This document shows, in pieces, positions 52,501-64,000 of a DNA stretch of 64,000 nt. Made by a program: the position numbers and the translations under genes. Location of the stretch: positions 480,001 through 544,000 of the forward strand of contig BK006939.2 in assembly GCA_000146045.2 (NCBI GenBank). Reading direction: 5' to 3'. Origin of the DNA: TPA_inf: Saccharomyces (Eukaryota). Each line of letters opens with the position of its first letter. Positions within the stretch are counted from its first letter, which is position 1. The notes beneath the pieces are model-generated. The model had not been told where the DNA came from, made no database searches, and was given only the letters and a program-made list of their open reading frames with translations.

Positions 52501-55500
52501 TCTAGCTGTAGATAATCTCCCCACGGTACTGTAGAGGCTTCCAGCCTTTTAATCACTTCGACAGGGCATGTTTTAAACTGTCTTAAAGGACAGTTTGTTG
52601 GCCACATTTTAGTTGTGGCAGATTTGCAAAGATTTAACAACATCCGTGTGGGATGTCCCCATCCTCTCTTCAAGCATATTTCAAACATAGCACGCAATAA
52701 CCTACCAGCATTTTGGTGAATAAACACTATATCAGAATTAAGTGCAAAACCTTCGAACTTTAGCTGGGAAAAATAAGACTGCAGTAGTACATTCACTTTT
52801 GCTAAAGGATCATCAATATCTTCTCTGATAGGAATGGGTGCTTTCTCTAGAAGTTGTTTTAGTTCTCTTTTCTCTTCATATCTCACCGATACGTACTTAA
52901 ACTCTTCCGACATTGAGAATATTCTAAAAAGATCAATCTGAGTTGTATGTTCATCTAACTCTCTATTGTAAACATCCATGGAAGCATGATTTATGTAAAA
53001 TGACGACGCTATATTTCCTAGATCGGTCGCCTCAATTACATCATTTTCAGCATCATATAACACCAACTCTTGTTCTTTTAAAATGCATAGGGCCGAATGG
53101 ACTAAGCTTTCTCTAAACTTTTTCAATTGCCCATCACTTGAAATATCAGGTACTTTGTAAAGCATAGGGGAAGCTAACATTCTGACATATAGGTAAGTAT
53201 ACGCCAACCAATTCACAGCATCATTCCTGCACTTAATGTTACCCGCGACAACTTCTGCATTTAAGTTGTCAACTAATTTTGAAACAAATTGCGATTCTAT
53301 TGGTAATTGTTGATTTAAAACCGAGAGATAATATTGAACATTCGATTGGTCTGTTATTATAATACCCTCGCCAAATGTGTCATATCTCGGTCTGCCTGCT
53401 CTACCTAACATTTGAAGTACATCTTGTGGAGAAAGTTGTTCCCAGGACCCCTTTTCAGGTGAATAGACATCTGTTCCTTTTATAATCACTGTATGAGCAG
53501 GTAGATTAACACCCCATGCTAACGTCGCAGTGCATACCAATACTTGCAACAACCCGTCTGCAAATAAATCTTCAGATAAGGATCTGTCACTTCTGGTCAG
53601 CCCTGCGTGATGCGTCCCTATACCGCTTTCAATCAACTTTCGTAGACTTGGATCGAGTACGTTGGCTGCTTCTGTCTTTAAAATCTGCTTCGATCCTGCA
53701 TCATTTTTGGTTAATTTATGAGTAATGTTCTCTTCAGCAAATTTATTTTTCAACCATGTTGCTGTTCGTGATGTTTCTTTTCGAGAATGAACAAACACGA
53801 TTATTTGATTACCTTCATTGATGGATTCCAATACCTTTTCATAACAAGCATCATTCATAGCCTTCAGCTTTTTCAAGGAGTTCCGTTCCTTAATGCCACA
53901 AAACTGTTGAGATAGAGGACACGGTCTAAATGAGGAGTCAAAATAAAACAATCCTTCCTTCGGAACTCTTAAAAACCTACCGACATCCTCATAATTTGGT
54001 AAGGTGGCAGAAAGGCCTATTATTCTGGGGTATTCCTGGCCATATTTGGAAGCCCAAAATGTCCTAGCCACGATGCTTTCCAATACTGGTCCCCTGTCAT
54101 CATGTAACAAATGTATTTCATCTATAATCAACAAACGAACAAGTTCTACGATGGCCAAATTATTTGAATTTCTAGTAGTTATGTCCCATTTCTCTGGCGT
54201 AGACACCAAAACCTGCGTCTCGTCAATTTGCTTTCTACTAAGCCTAGAATCACCAGTCAATTCAGCGACTTTTATACCTAGAAAAGCCAACCTCCTTTGA
54301 AATTCTCGGACTTGTTCCTGTACTAAGGCTTTCAAGGGTGCTATATAAACAATTTTAAATGCAGAAAGGTTTAATTTCTTAGTTTTCGGGTTATAATGAT
54401 GGGATAAGGCTTTCAATACCGTCAATAACGCGATATTCGTCTTACCTGAACCAGTGGGTGCACATATTAGCATGTTTGAATCACCTTCAAATGCTGCGTG
54501 AAAAACCTTTGATTGTATAGGGTTTAAGGACGTTGTTTCCGATGAAGGAAACGCCTCCTGACACCAATCTGGTAGAGAAGTAATTTCTTTCAACTCATAA
54601 TCAATAACAGGTTTGCTAGGAGCTGGAATATGTATTTCGTCATATTGTGGTTTCACCCTTTTGAATGATCCTTCCGGTAGGGATACTTTTGTCACGGTCA
54701 TTAATTTAGAACTTTCGTCGAATTTAATCTTTTCCAAATCTATGACGGGCGGTATTGCTGGATTACTGAATTTTGTTCTTTTTGCTTCCGAAGACTGTGG
54801 CTGGTCGTCACCGGAATCGAGTTCACGCTTTGAGTGTGTAGTTTCTCTAAATTTATACTGTTCCACAAGATCATTCAAACCTTTTGCAACCATTTTCTCT
54901 ATTAAGTTCGGTATTTCATTCTCTGTGCTCTTCGCCAGTCGTATGCCCCAAAAAATTGTAGATCTATTCTTGAGAATAAATTCAGCCAGTGATATATTCT
55001 CGAATTTAAGCAGATCAACCAACTTCTGCTCCAACGCTACTGGATTATGCTCAAGTGTTTCAATATCATTCAAAATTTTTTCTGACAGGTCTTGTATTAC
55101 AGAGGTATCCTTGTAACCAAGCTCTGACCGAAGTTTTCTCTGCAAAAAAAATTCATCGATTGAGTATATCGGAACGCTCTCGATATTACTTGTTTTACTA
55201 TCGGAGAGTTTAATTATATCGTTTTCAATGTTTGGCAATGCCCTCTTGTTTTTTTTTTTAGAATTGACTTCAACGTCATTGTAATCATATTCCTCATCAT
55301 CATCTTCATTATCATTGATTTCTCCCCCAAGAACATTAGCATTGTTGGACATTTCTGTTACTTCTTCTTCATCTGATTTTTCATCATCGGCAAGAATTGC
55401 TACTGCTTGTTTATTGCTATTGTCAGGATGTGTTTCATAATCGGTAATGTTTTTCATAAGTTTAACTAATTCGTTAAACTTCAGGGAGTCTATATTGATG

Positions 55501-56021
55501 CCTAGCTCATGCTGGATCTTTTCCTTTCGCTCTTCAATATTACCATCCTCATTTTCCTCATTTTCTTTCAATTGTCTGATGAATATATCAGCAGTTCCAA
55601 TAATAAGATCATGGGGTATATCATTGCCTAAAACTTCTGTAACCCACTGCAAAATCTGCTCGTAAGTTTCGACATTTGAGGGATCCTTTGGATAATAATG
55701 TAACCTGAAATCGGAGGAAGAATTCAAAATGGTGTTATGCTGCTGAATTTTTTTCAATGATGCGCTCTTTCCAGTTTTTTCAACGGCTACATCATTTTCT
55801 TTTAGTCCTTTATTAATGTTATTGCACAGGCCCTGTCCCATATCCTTAGCACTAATTCTACCACTCATGGATTTTGGTTGTGATATTTCCGCATCCCTTT
55901 GAGGATTTTGGCTGGTATTCATAAAGCGTTTATCAACTTTCAACACCTTATTGGACATCTCATCATAACGATAAATTTCTCTAATTTTTTTGGCCTTATC
56001 CTTCGTTTCATGCTCAGTCAT
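49530..56021 (-). CDS. BRR2: BRR2, U5 snRNP spliceosomal RNA helicase with two Ski2-like helicase-Sec63 cassettes (2163 aa from the first ATG, complement of 56019-56021)
   Basis: The track ORF is 2176 aa. The first ATG gives [12 protein letters not shown].... It has two DExH cassettes (e.g. [10 protein letters not shown]...DEIH), each with Sec63-like units. Confidence 0.93.
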
Positions 56022-56299
56022 TTTTAATAACGAAGGCTCACGGTAAATCTTCCAAAGCAATTACTTATATTTACCTTCACCTTATTTTACTCAAGATTAT
56101 CTCTATTAGTGTATTATTCCTTTATAGTAGACATAGCTTTAGTAGCATAAATTTTTAATATTCTCGTAAAGAGCGACAATATTCAATATTAGATCGTCAA
56201 AGAAGCAAACACGCATTGATATCTGAGAGATCATCACAATGCGTTAATAGTACTTGATTCAACACCACTAATTATCAAGTTTGTTCCTGTCTGAATGAT

Positions 56300-58279
56300 A
56301 TGGATAGTACGAATTTGAACAAACGGCCCTTATTACAATATAGTCTCAGTTCATTGGGCTCGCAAATAACAAAATGGAGCTCATCTAGACCGACTTCGCC
56401 AGTTCGTAAGGCGAGAAGCACTGAAAATGACTTTCTTTCCAAGCAAGATACGTCTAGTATCCTCCCAAGTATCAACGACGACGGCGGTGAACAGTGGTAC
56501 GAAAAGTTCAAGCCCAATTGTTTGGAGCAAGTGGCCATACATAAAAGAAAACTTAAAGATGTACAAGAAGCTTTAGATGCCATGTTTTTACCTAACGCCA
56601 AGCATAGGATCCTACTACTGTCTGGCCCCAGTGGATGCTCTAAAAGTACGGTCATAAAAGAACTCTCAAAAATCTTAGTTCCTAAATACAGACAAAACAG
56701 CAACGGAACGTCCTTTCGAAGCACCCCGAACGAGCATAAAGTGACCGAGTTTAGAGGTGATTGTATAGTCAACGATCTTCCTCAGATGGAAAGCTTTAGT
56801 GAGTTCTTAAAAGGCGCACGGTATCTTGTGATGTCCAACCTGTCATTAATACTTATCGAGGACCTTCCCAACGTCTTCCATATAGATACCAGACGTCGAT
56901 TTCAACAACTTATATTACAGTGGCTATATAGTTCGGAGCCTCTATTACCTCCCCTTGTTATATGTATAACTGAATGTGAAATTCCAGAGAACGATAATAA
57001 TTATCGCAAATTTGGTATTGATTATACATTTAGTGCAGAAACCATAATGAACAAAGAAATATTGATGCATCCAAGGTTGAAAAGAATTAAGTTTAATCCA
57101 ATTAACAGCACTTTATTAAAAAAGCACTTGAAATTTATTTGTGTACAGAATATGAAAATGTTGAAGGAGAAAAATAAATGGAATAAAAGACAGGAAGTCA
57201 TAGATTATATTGCGCAAGAGACTGGTGATATTAGGTCGGCCATTACGACCCTTCAATTTTGGGCGACATCAAGTGGAAGTTTGCCGATTTCAACCCGAGA
57301 ATCCACCATATCATACTTTCATGCCATTGGGAAGGTGATACATGGTTCCCATAGCACGAATAACGATAACGAAATGATTAATAACCTCTTCGAAAATTCG
57401 AACAATTTGTTATCGAAAGAGGATTTCAAATTAGGAATATTAGAGAACTATAACACATTTAATAAAGGCGAATTCAGCATTTCTGATGCATCATCAATTG
57501 TGGATTGCCTGAGCGAGTGTGATAATATGAATGGTCTACCAGAATCCAATGAGTATGGTTTACGAGAAGTGCGCAAAACCTTTCGTAACATCAGTAAACA
57601 AGGCCATAATCATGGAACGGTTTATTTTCCAAGAGAATGGAAAGTAAGAAAATTACAAAATTCATTTAAAGTTCAAGCTGAAGATTGGTTAAATGTTAGT
57701 CTTTATAAGTACAACGCGGTACATTCTTTCAGGAATATAACTCTAGAATTTGGCTACTACGCACCTCTAATTAGAAAGTGTCAGAGTTATAAAAAAAAAT
57801 ACATTCTCTATTATTTGAAGAATCTTCCGAGTGGCTCCTCGGGGCCCAAACAAACCATGGACAAATTTAGTGATATAATGAAAGTTGAGAACGGAATCGA
57901 CGTTGTGGATCGGATAGGCGGGCCTATCGAAGCACTATCTGTGGAGGATGGACTAGCACCATTGATGGATAATGATAGCAATAATTGTGACCATTTAGAG
58001 GATCAAAAAAAGGAAAGGGACAGAAGGCTTCGCATGTTGATTGACCAATATGAAAGAAATGTGATGATGGCTAACGACGATCTTGAAGACGAAGAAACTT
58101 CTTTTAATGATGACCCTATTGTCGATAGCGATAGCGATAACAGCAATAATATTGGCAATGAAACATTTGGTAGAAGCGACGAAGACGAGTCTCTATGTGA
58201 AATTCTGTCCCAGAGACAGCCGCGTAAAGCGCCAGTTATCAGTGAGTCCCTTTCAGATTCAGATCTGGAAATACTCTAA
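56300..58279 (+). CDS. RAD24: RAD24, DNA damage checkpoint alternative RFC-like clamp loader subunit (659 aa)
   Basis: It has the AAA+ Walker A LSGPSGCSKST and an RFC-box-like core. The length is exact and the position fits YER173W. Confidence 0.88.
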   Translation: MDSTNLNKRPLLQYSLSSLGSQITKWSSSRPTSPVRKARSTENDFLSKQDTSSILPSINDDGGEQWYEKFKPNCLEQVAIHKRKLKDVQEALDAMFLPNAKHRILLLSGPSGCSKSTVIKELSKILVPKYRQNSNGTSFRSTPNEHKVTEFRGDCIVNDLPQMESFSEFLKGARYLVMSNLSLILIEDLPNVFHIDTRRRFQQLILQWLYSSEPLLPPLVICITECEIPENDNNYRKFGIDYTFSAETIMNKEILMHPRLKRIKFNPINSTLLKKHLKFICVQNMKMLKEKNKWNKRQEVIDYIAQETGDIRSAITTLQFWATSSGSLPISTRESTISYFHAIGKVIHGSHSTNNDNEMINNLFENSNNLLSKEDFKLGILENYNTFNKGEFSISDASSIVDCLSECDNMNGLPESNEYGLREVRKTFRNISKQGHNHGTVYFPREWKVRKLQNSFKVQAEDWLNVSLYKYNAVHSFRNITLEFGYYAPLIRKCQSYKKKYILYYLKNLPSGSSGPKQTMDKFSDIMKVENGIDVVDRIGGPIEALSVEDGLAPLMDNDSNNCDHLEDQKKERDRRLRMLIDQYERNVMMANDDLEDEETSFNDDPIVDSDSDNSNNIGNETFGRSDEDESLCEILSQRQPRKAPVISESLSDSDLEIL

Positions 58280-58433
58280 CTTTTTACTCTTTAAATTTGA
58301 CGAGAAAACCCCAGGAAATATTCCACACAAATCTATGCACATTACATTCTAGAATAAATTAATAAATAAAAATATATACATATATATTAATATGTATATA
58401 TGTATGAATATAGTTTTCATTACAAAATAAGGC

Positions 58434-59168
58434 TTACTGTAGAGCATGTTGGAAATATTCAGGATCTTCTTCTATAGATTCCTTGATAATATCCAAACCT
58501 CCCTGGAACTCCCCATTGATATATAACTGAGGAAAAGTAGGCCAATCAGAAAACTTCTTCAAGCTTTGTCTAACGTTTTCGTCTCTTAATATATCAAAAA
58601 ATCCGAACCTTATTTGGTGTTCTCTGAGGATACCAACTAACTGTCTAGAAAATCCGCATTTAGGTTCTGATGGGCTTCCTTTCATGAATAGCATCACAGG
58701 TGCAGCTTGTACTAGCTTCACCAGCCTAGCATTTATTTCTTCTTCAGTTTCGTCCTCTTCATCATCGGAAGACCCGCTGCTTTCCTCATCAGACGTAGAT
58801 TTAGGACCCTTGGCATTGTTCGCTAGTGAGGCAGAAGCATTCGAAAGAATTTCTAAGCTTTTCACAAACTCCTTAGGATCTGCGGCTGATATTTCTTTTA
58901 CAATAGTACCATTTTGAATGAAGACGAAGTATGGTACGGCTGCAATCTCAAAAAGGTCTGATATTTCTGGATGTTCGTCTGCATCTATTGATAAAAACCG
59001 GACATCCTCTTGCCTAACTTTTTCACTAACAGCTTCTAGCACCTGGCTCATAGTTTTGCAAGGATCAGCCCATTGAGCTTTAAAATATAAGACAATGAGT
59101 TTATTAGCAGCGTTTGTAGTGGTTAGTTGCGTAAATTGGTCCTGGCTTTTTATTTCAACCACAGTCAT
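58434..59168 (-). CDS. GRX4: GRX4, monothiol glutaredoxin with an N-terminal thioredoxin-like domain (244 aa)
   Basis: It has the C-terminal monothiol active site CGFS (KCGFSRQ) and an N-terminal Trx-like domain. The length is exact. Confidence 0.88.
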
Positions 59169-59463
59169 ATTTATTGGAGGAAGAGCACAGAAATTTAGTT
59201 ATATGTAAGTGGAAAAATGAAATATGCTCAGTACCCAAAGACAACAATGTTACCGGGAAAACGAATCAACGTTCCTGGCAGTAACAGATTAAAAAATGGT
59301 TCAACTGGTACAGTATTAATATGCTATTTAAGCTAAATATCAACCAGTCTTCAGATATGGTAACTTTTTCTAGGACATCTGTGAATACGTCGCGAGGCTT
59401 CACCAATTAAAACGCGCGCTCTTACTAAAATTTCACGAATATAATGCTTATTGGCTGAAATTT

Positions 59464-60372
<909 letters not shown>

Positions 60373-61688
60373 TTATTTTGTTATCTTGTTAGGAGATAAT
60401 TCTCATAACAACTAATAAAGACTGCTACAACGAAAACATACTAAATTAGTTACATTCCTTTTCCTTTAAAAATGAAAATAAGGAAGATAAACTTTCGGAA
60501 AACCAGAAAAAAAAAGGATATTACTGTGAGTCATGAACATCAACACATAAGGTGTGATTCATTTATAGTAAACAACGGCAGAATTGCACCTAATTTTTCT
60601 GATTAGATAGGTTGATGGAACACCCTTTTTATTGGTCATTTAACAATGCATGAGACTACATAAAACATTTATCTGTTTTAGTCAAAACAAACGTGGTTGT
60701 AGAAATATTCTGCAAGAAAATTCGCGGATGATATTTGAGAATAAAATACTCATAATGATATTGAGGCAGGGTATATTTTTTAATATTAGCGTGAGCACCA
60801 AGATCAGTTTCTAAACATTAGCAAATTATTCTAGGTGGTATAAGACAGGCTAAAAATCTATAATTGAAATGTCAGCATCTTAAAATAAAACAGGAATTAA
60901 TTTCTAAATACGCAATTGATCCAAGTGTTATGTCAATATGACTTACTGAGAACATACTCTGGCGGGCTTTACTTCCCGATCTCACATGTTGCCTTCAAGA
61001 AGCACAAAAAATTTGCAGCCCAAACACTGTCAGACACGGGAATCGATCTAACATCGTAAAATTTCAGCTGCTTCGATAAATTGGTACCCAAATATTGGAG
61101 AGACCTTTCACCACACCGACTTGAAATAGTAAACTCAAGCGCAATGATGAAAATTGGGTTGCAATGTATATTTGATATCACAAATACCAAAATTAGCCGC
61201 TTTTTTGGTACGCACTTATAATCGAAGAAATTGATTCTTTTTTAGATTTTTAACAAATGAGGTTATATGAGAATGAAGCAGGTCATAACAAGCGGAACCA
61301 AAGCTTACTCAAACAAGTTATCATTTCCAACTAAATCCTACTTGAACTGCACCTCTTAAAAGAAAGATAGAAATTCTATACAAGCGCTCTCACTCAATAA
61401 GAATTGTAAAATGAACATGACAGTGATGTGTCACACCTCGATCGGCAACGTGAATTGGTTACCGTCTATTTAGTAATCAGTACAGAGATATTGAAGATGC
61501 CGCTATTTTTTTTTTTTTATATTTCCGCCGTATTTTATTCCTGTGTAGTCGGGTAATGGATGCTATTTGTATGCGATTTTAGAGTCTTAAAATGCTCAAG
61601 AGTGATGTATAATGTAAGTTCATCATTTGAAGAATTCGAACAAAGTTGTGACAATATAAGGAGTTCCGCAGACTAAGAAGTACTACAC

Positions 61689-64000
61689 GATGGATTTTCA
61701 GTGCAGAACGTGTAGCCAGGCTTATGATGCTGAGCAGATGATGAAGCATCTCTCAAGTACGAGGCATAAAACTGTATTCGACACTTCAAATGATGAAGAT
61801 ATTTGCTGTGAGGAATGTCAAGATAAAAATATACACCAACTTCAAATCATCAGGTTTGGGGGTGAAGACATGGTTTTACTTTGTAATTCGTGTTTTCGGA
61901 AAGAATATTCAGAAACGGAGCGTCCATCAACTAGCTACTCATTACAAAACGGCTCTATATTGAAATTTTGGGAAAAGTACGTGAAAGTCAGGGAATGTTG
62001 TTGTGATGAGTGTGGGGAAGAGTCTAACTTGAATGCAAATAGAAATGGAGAAGTATTATGTGACAAGTGCTTGCCCAAATCGAATAGAGCTAAAGACTTT
62101 GTTTCTGAAAAAAGTGGAAGATTCCTATACATCTACTTGGGACTGAATGAAACACAGAATAGCACTAGAAAGCCTAGAAAAAAGGGCGGCAGAAGAGTTG
62201 GTAGAGGAAAGAAGGGCAGGAAGGGTGCTAAGATTAAGAAGGAGAAAAAGGAAACTTTCGAGGCCAAAATAAGTAGAATCGCTTATGAAGTCAAGAAAGA
62301 AAATAGTACCATTCAAAGCTCTAGTAGTTCCAATCTAAGAAACTTCAAAGGTTTCAAAGCGGTGGAAAGCGATCCAGTAGTTGCAGCAAAAGTAAGCAAA
62401 TCAGAGACTAGTAGAAGTAATCCTGGCCCATCAAATCGAAACAAAGGGAAAGGAAATAAGGCAAACCACAAAAAGAATAGTGGAAATGGGATAGGAAAAG
62501 AGAAAGAGAGGAAAACAAACATTAGAAATAATGTCCGTAACAGCCAACCTATACCAGAGGACAGAAAAAATACCAATAGCCACGTTACAACAAACTCTGG
62601 AGGGAAAGGCAAGAACGAATCAGTGGATAAGCACCAATTACCGCAACCAAAAGCTTTGAATGGAAACGGGTCGGGCAGTACTAATACTACTGGTTTGAAA
62701 AAAGGGAAAAAAGACCATGCTGGCCAGAAGACTAAGGGCAATGATAAAACGGGTAATAAGAATCCGCGAGAGGCCAAACTAAATTCAGCTGGCAGAAAGA
62801 ATGCACTTGGCAAAAAATCAAATAACCAGCCAAATAAGGGAACTAGCAGGTGGACAATTGGATCTGATACTGAATCTTCTAGAGAACCTAGTATTAGCCC
62901 AAACGAGAACACAACTTCAATTACTAAATCGCGAAACCGCAATAAGAAGGCTAGCAAGCCGACGCTGAATGAAAAATCAAAAACAACAACGATGCCAAAA
63001 AAGTTGGAGACAAAAAATCAAGAGAAAAATAATGGAAAAACTAAGGACGGGAAACTTATTTACGAAGAAGGTGAACCACTCACAAGGTATAATACCTTTA
63101 AGTCAACCTTATCATACCCCGATTTGAACACATACCTAAATGATTACTCATTTGCCCTTTTTTTGGAACAGAAATTAGAGAACGAATTTGTTCAAAACTT
63201 CAACATACTATGGCCTCGCAATGAAAAAGATACAGCTTTTATAATCAACGTTGAGAAGAATAATAATTCAGAACTTGAGAAATTACTACCTGCAAATTTG
63301 CTTGCACTCGGTAGACCGGCATTTAATGAAAGGCAACCATTTTTCTTTTGTACTCAGGATGAACAAAAAGTTTGGTATATTTTTATCAAAGAACTTTCTA
63401 TTCAAAGGGGTAAATACGTGTTGTTAGTGGAGCTTTTTTCGTGGAATAATTTGAGTTTGCCAACGAAAAATGGTTCATCTCAATTTAAGCTATTGCCAAC
63501 TTCTGCGCAGACAAGTAGAATTCTATTTGCCATGACGCGTATTACAAACCCAAAATTTATTGACCTATTACTAGGCCAAAAGCCTATTAAAGAGATTTAT
63601 TTTGATAACAGGCTAAAATTTTCCAGTGACAAGTTGAACCGATCTCAGAAGACTGCAGTGGAACATGTTCTAAACAACAGTATCACAATTCTACAAGGCC
63701 CACCTGGTACAGGTAAAACATCAACAATAGAGGAGATAATCATCCAAGTAATTGAAAGATTTCACGCATTCCCAATATTGTGTGTTGCCGCGTCAAATAT
63801 TGCTATTGATAACATTGCCGAGAAGATTATGGAGAATAGACCGCAGATAAAGATCTTAAGAATTTTGTCAAAGAAGAAAGAACAACAGTATAGTGATGAC
63901 CACCCATTGGGCGAAATTTGTCTCCACAATATTGTATACAAAAATCTTTCCCCAGACATGCAAGTCGTGGCAAACAAAACCCGCAGGGGCGAAATGATCT
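61689..64000 (+). CDS. ECM32: ECM32/MTT1, Upf1-like superfamily I DNA/RNA helicase, 5' portion only. The gene continues beyond the window end.
   Basis: ATG GAT TTT CAG TGC AGA ACG TGT = MDFQCRTC, followed by a Cys/His-rich Upf1-type zinc knuckle region, a K/G/N-rich basic low-complexity region, and the helicase Walker A GPPGTGKT near 63700. The frame is open to position 64000. It is absent from the ORF track because there is no stop in the window. Confidence 0.85.

Noticed and set aside
62313-62957. A 214-aa minus-strand ORF (MLAFLLRFRDLVIEV...) and many other antisense ORFs inside large genes, such as 54613-55116, 48128-48577, 21563-22042, 35485-35880, 31546-31908 and 28166-28522
   Set aside because: Each lies antisense to or out of frame within a well-supported long CDS (ECM32 low-complexity K/G/N region, BRR2, RAD3, RAD4, DNF1, PAB1, CHD1). 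The composition is low-complexity and there is no independent support. They are typical spurious ORFs.

Overview
This window is ordinary Saccharomyces cerevisiae nuclear DNA, not a prokaryotic island. Gene order, strands and protein sequences match the chromosome V right arm from the YER155C (BEM2) 5' end to YER176W (ECM32), in an S288C-like strain. I can support 22 protein-coding genes, none with introns: BEM2 (partial), YER156C, COG3, YER158C, BUR6, SPT2, RAD4, GCG1, CHD1, PAB1, DNF1, BCK2, CCA1, RPH1, ADK2, RAD3, BRR2, RAD24, GRX4, TMT1, ECM32 (partial), plus a full-length Ty1 retrotransposon (TYA/TYB, minus strand). There are two tRNA genes, tRNA-Glu(UUC) and tRNA-Arg(ACG). A Ty3 sigma LTR sits 15 bp upstream of tRNA-Arg and is split by the Ty1 insertion. 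A solo delta LTR lies about 430 bp upstream of tRNA-Glu. The supplied ORF track starts some ORFs at non-ATG codons (TTG/GTG printed as M), so several listed N-termini run upstream of the first real ATG. I give the likely ATG starts. I find no evidence of a novel or undescribed system. The most unusual structure is the tRNA-Arg / sigma / Ty1 nest: the Ty1 has asymmetric LTRs (a full 338-bp 5' LTR but only about 138 bp of the 3' LTR) and an intact 5-bp GTTTT target-site duplication. Other points worth a look: a coding (ATGAAY)10 hexanucleotide microsatellite in YER158C, the A-rich PAB1 5' leader, the three in-frame ATGs of CCA1, and very short convergent intergenic spacers at RAD3/BRR2 and RAD24/GRX4. 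All coordinates were counted by hand and may be off by 1-2 nt where they were not cross-checked against the ORF track.
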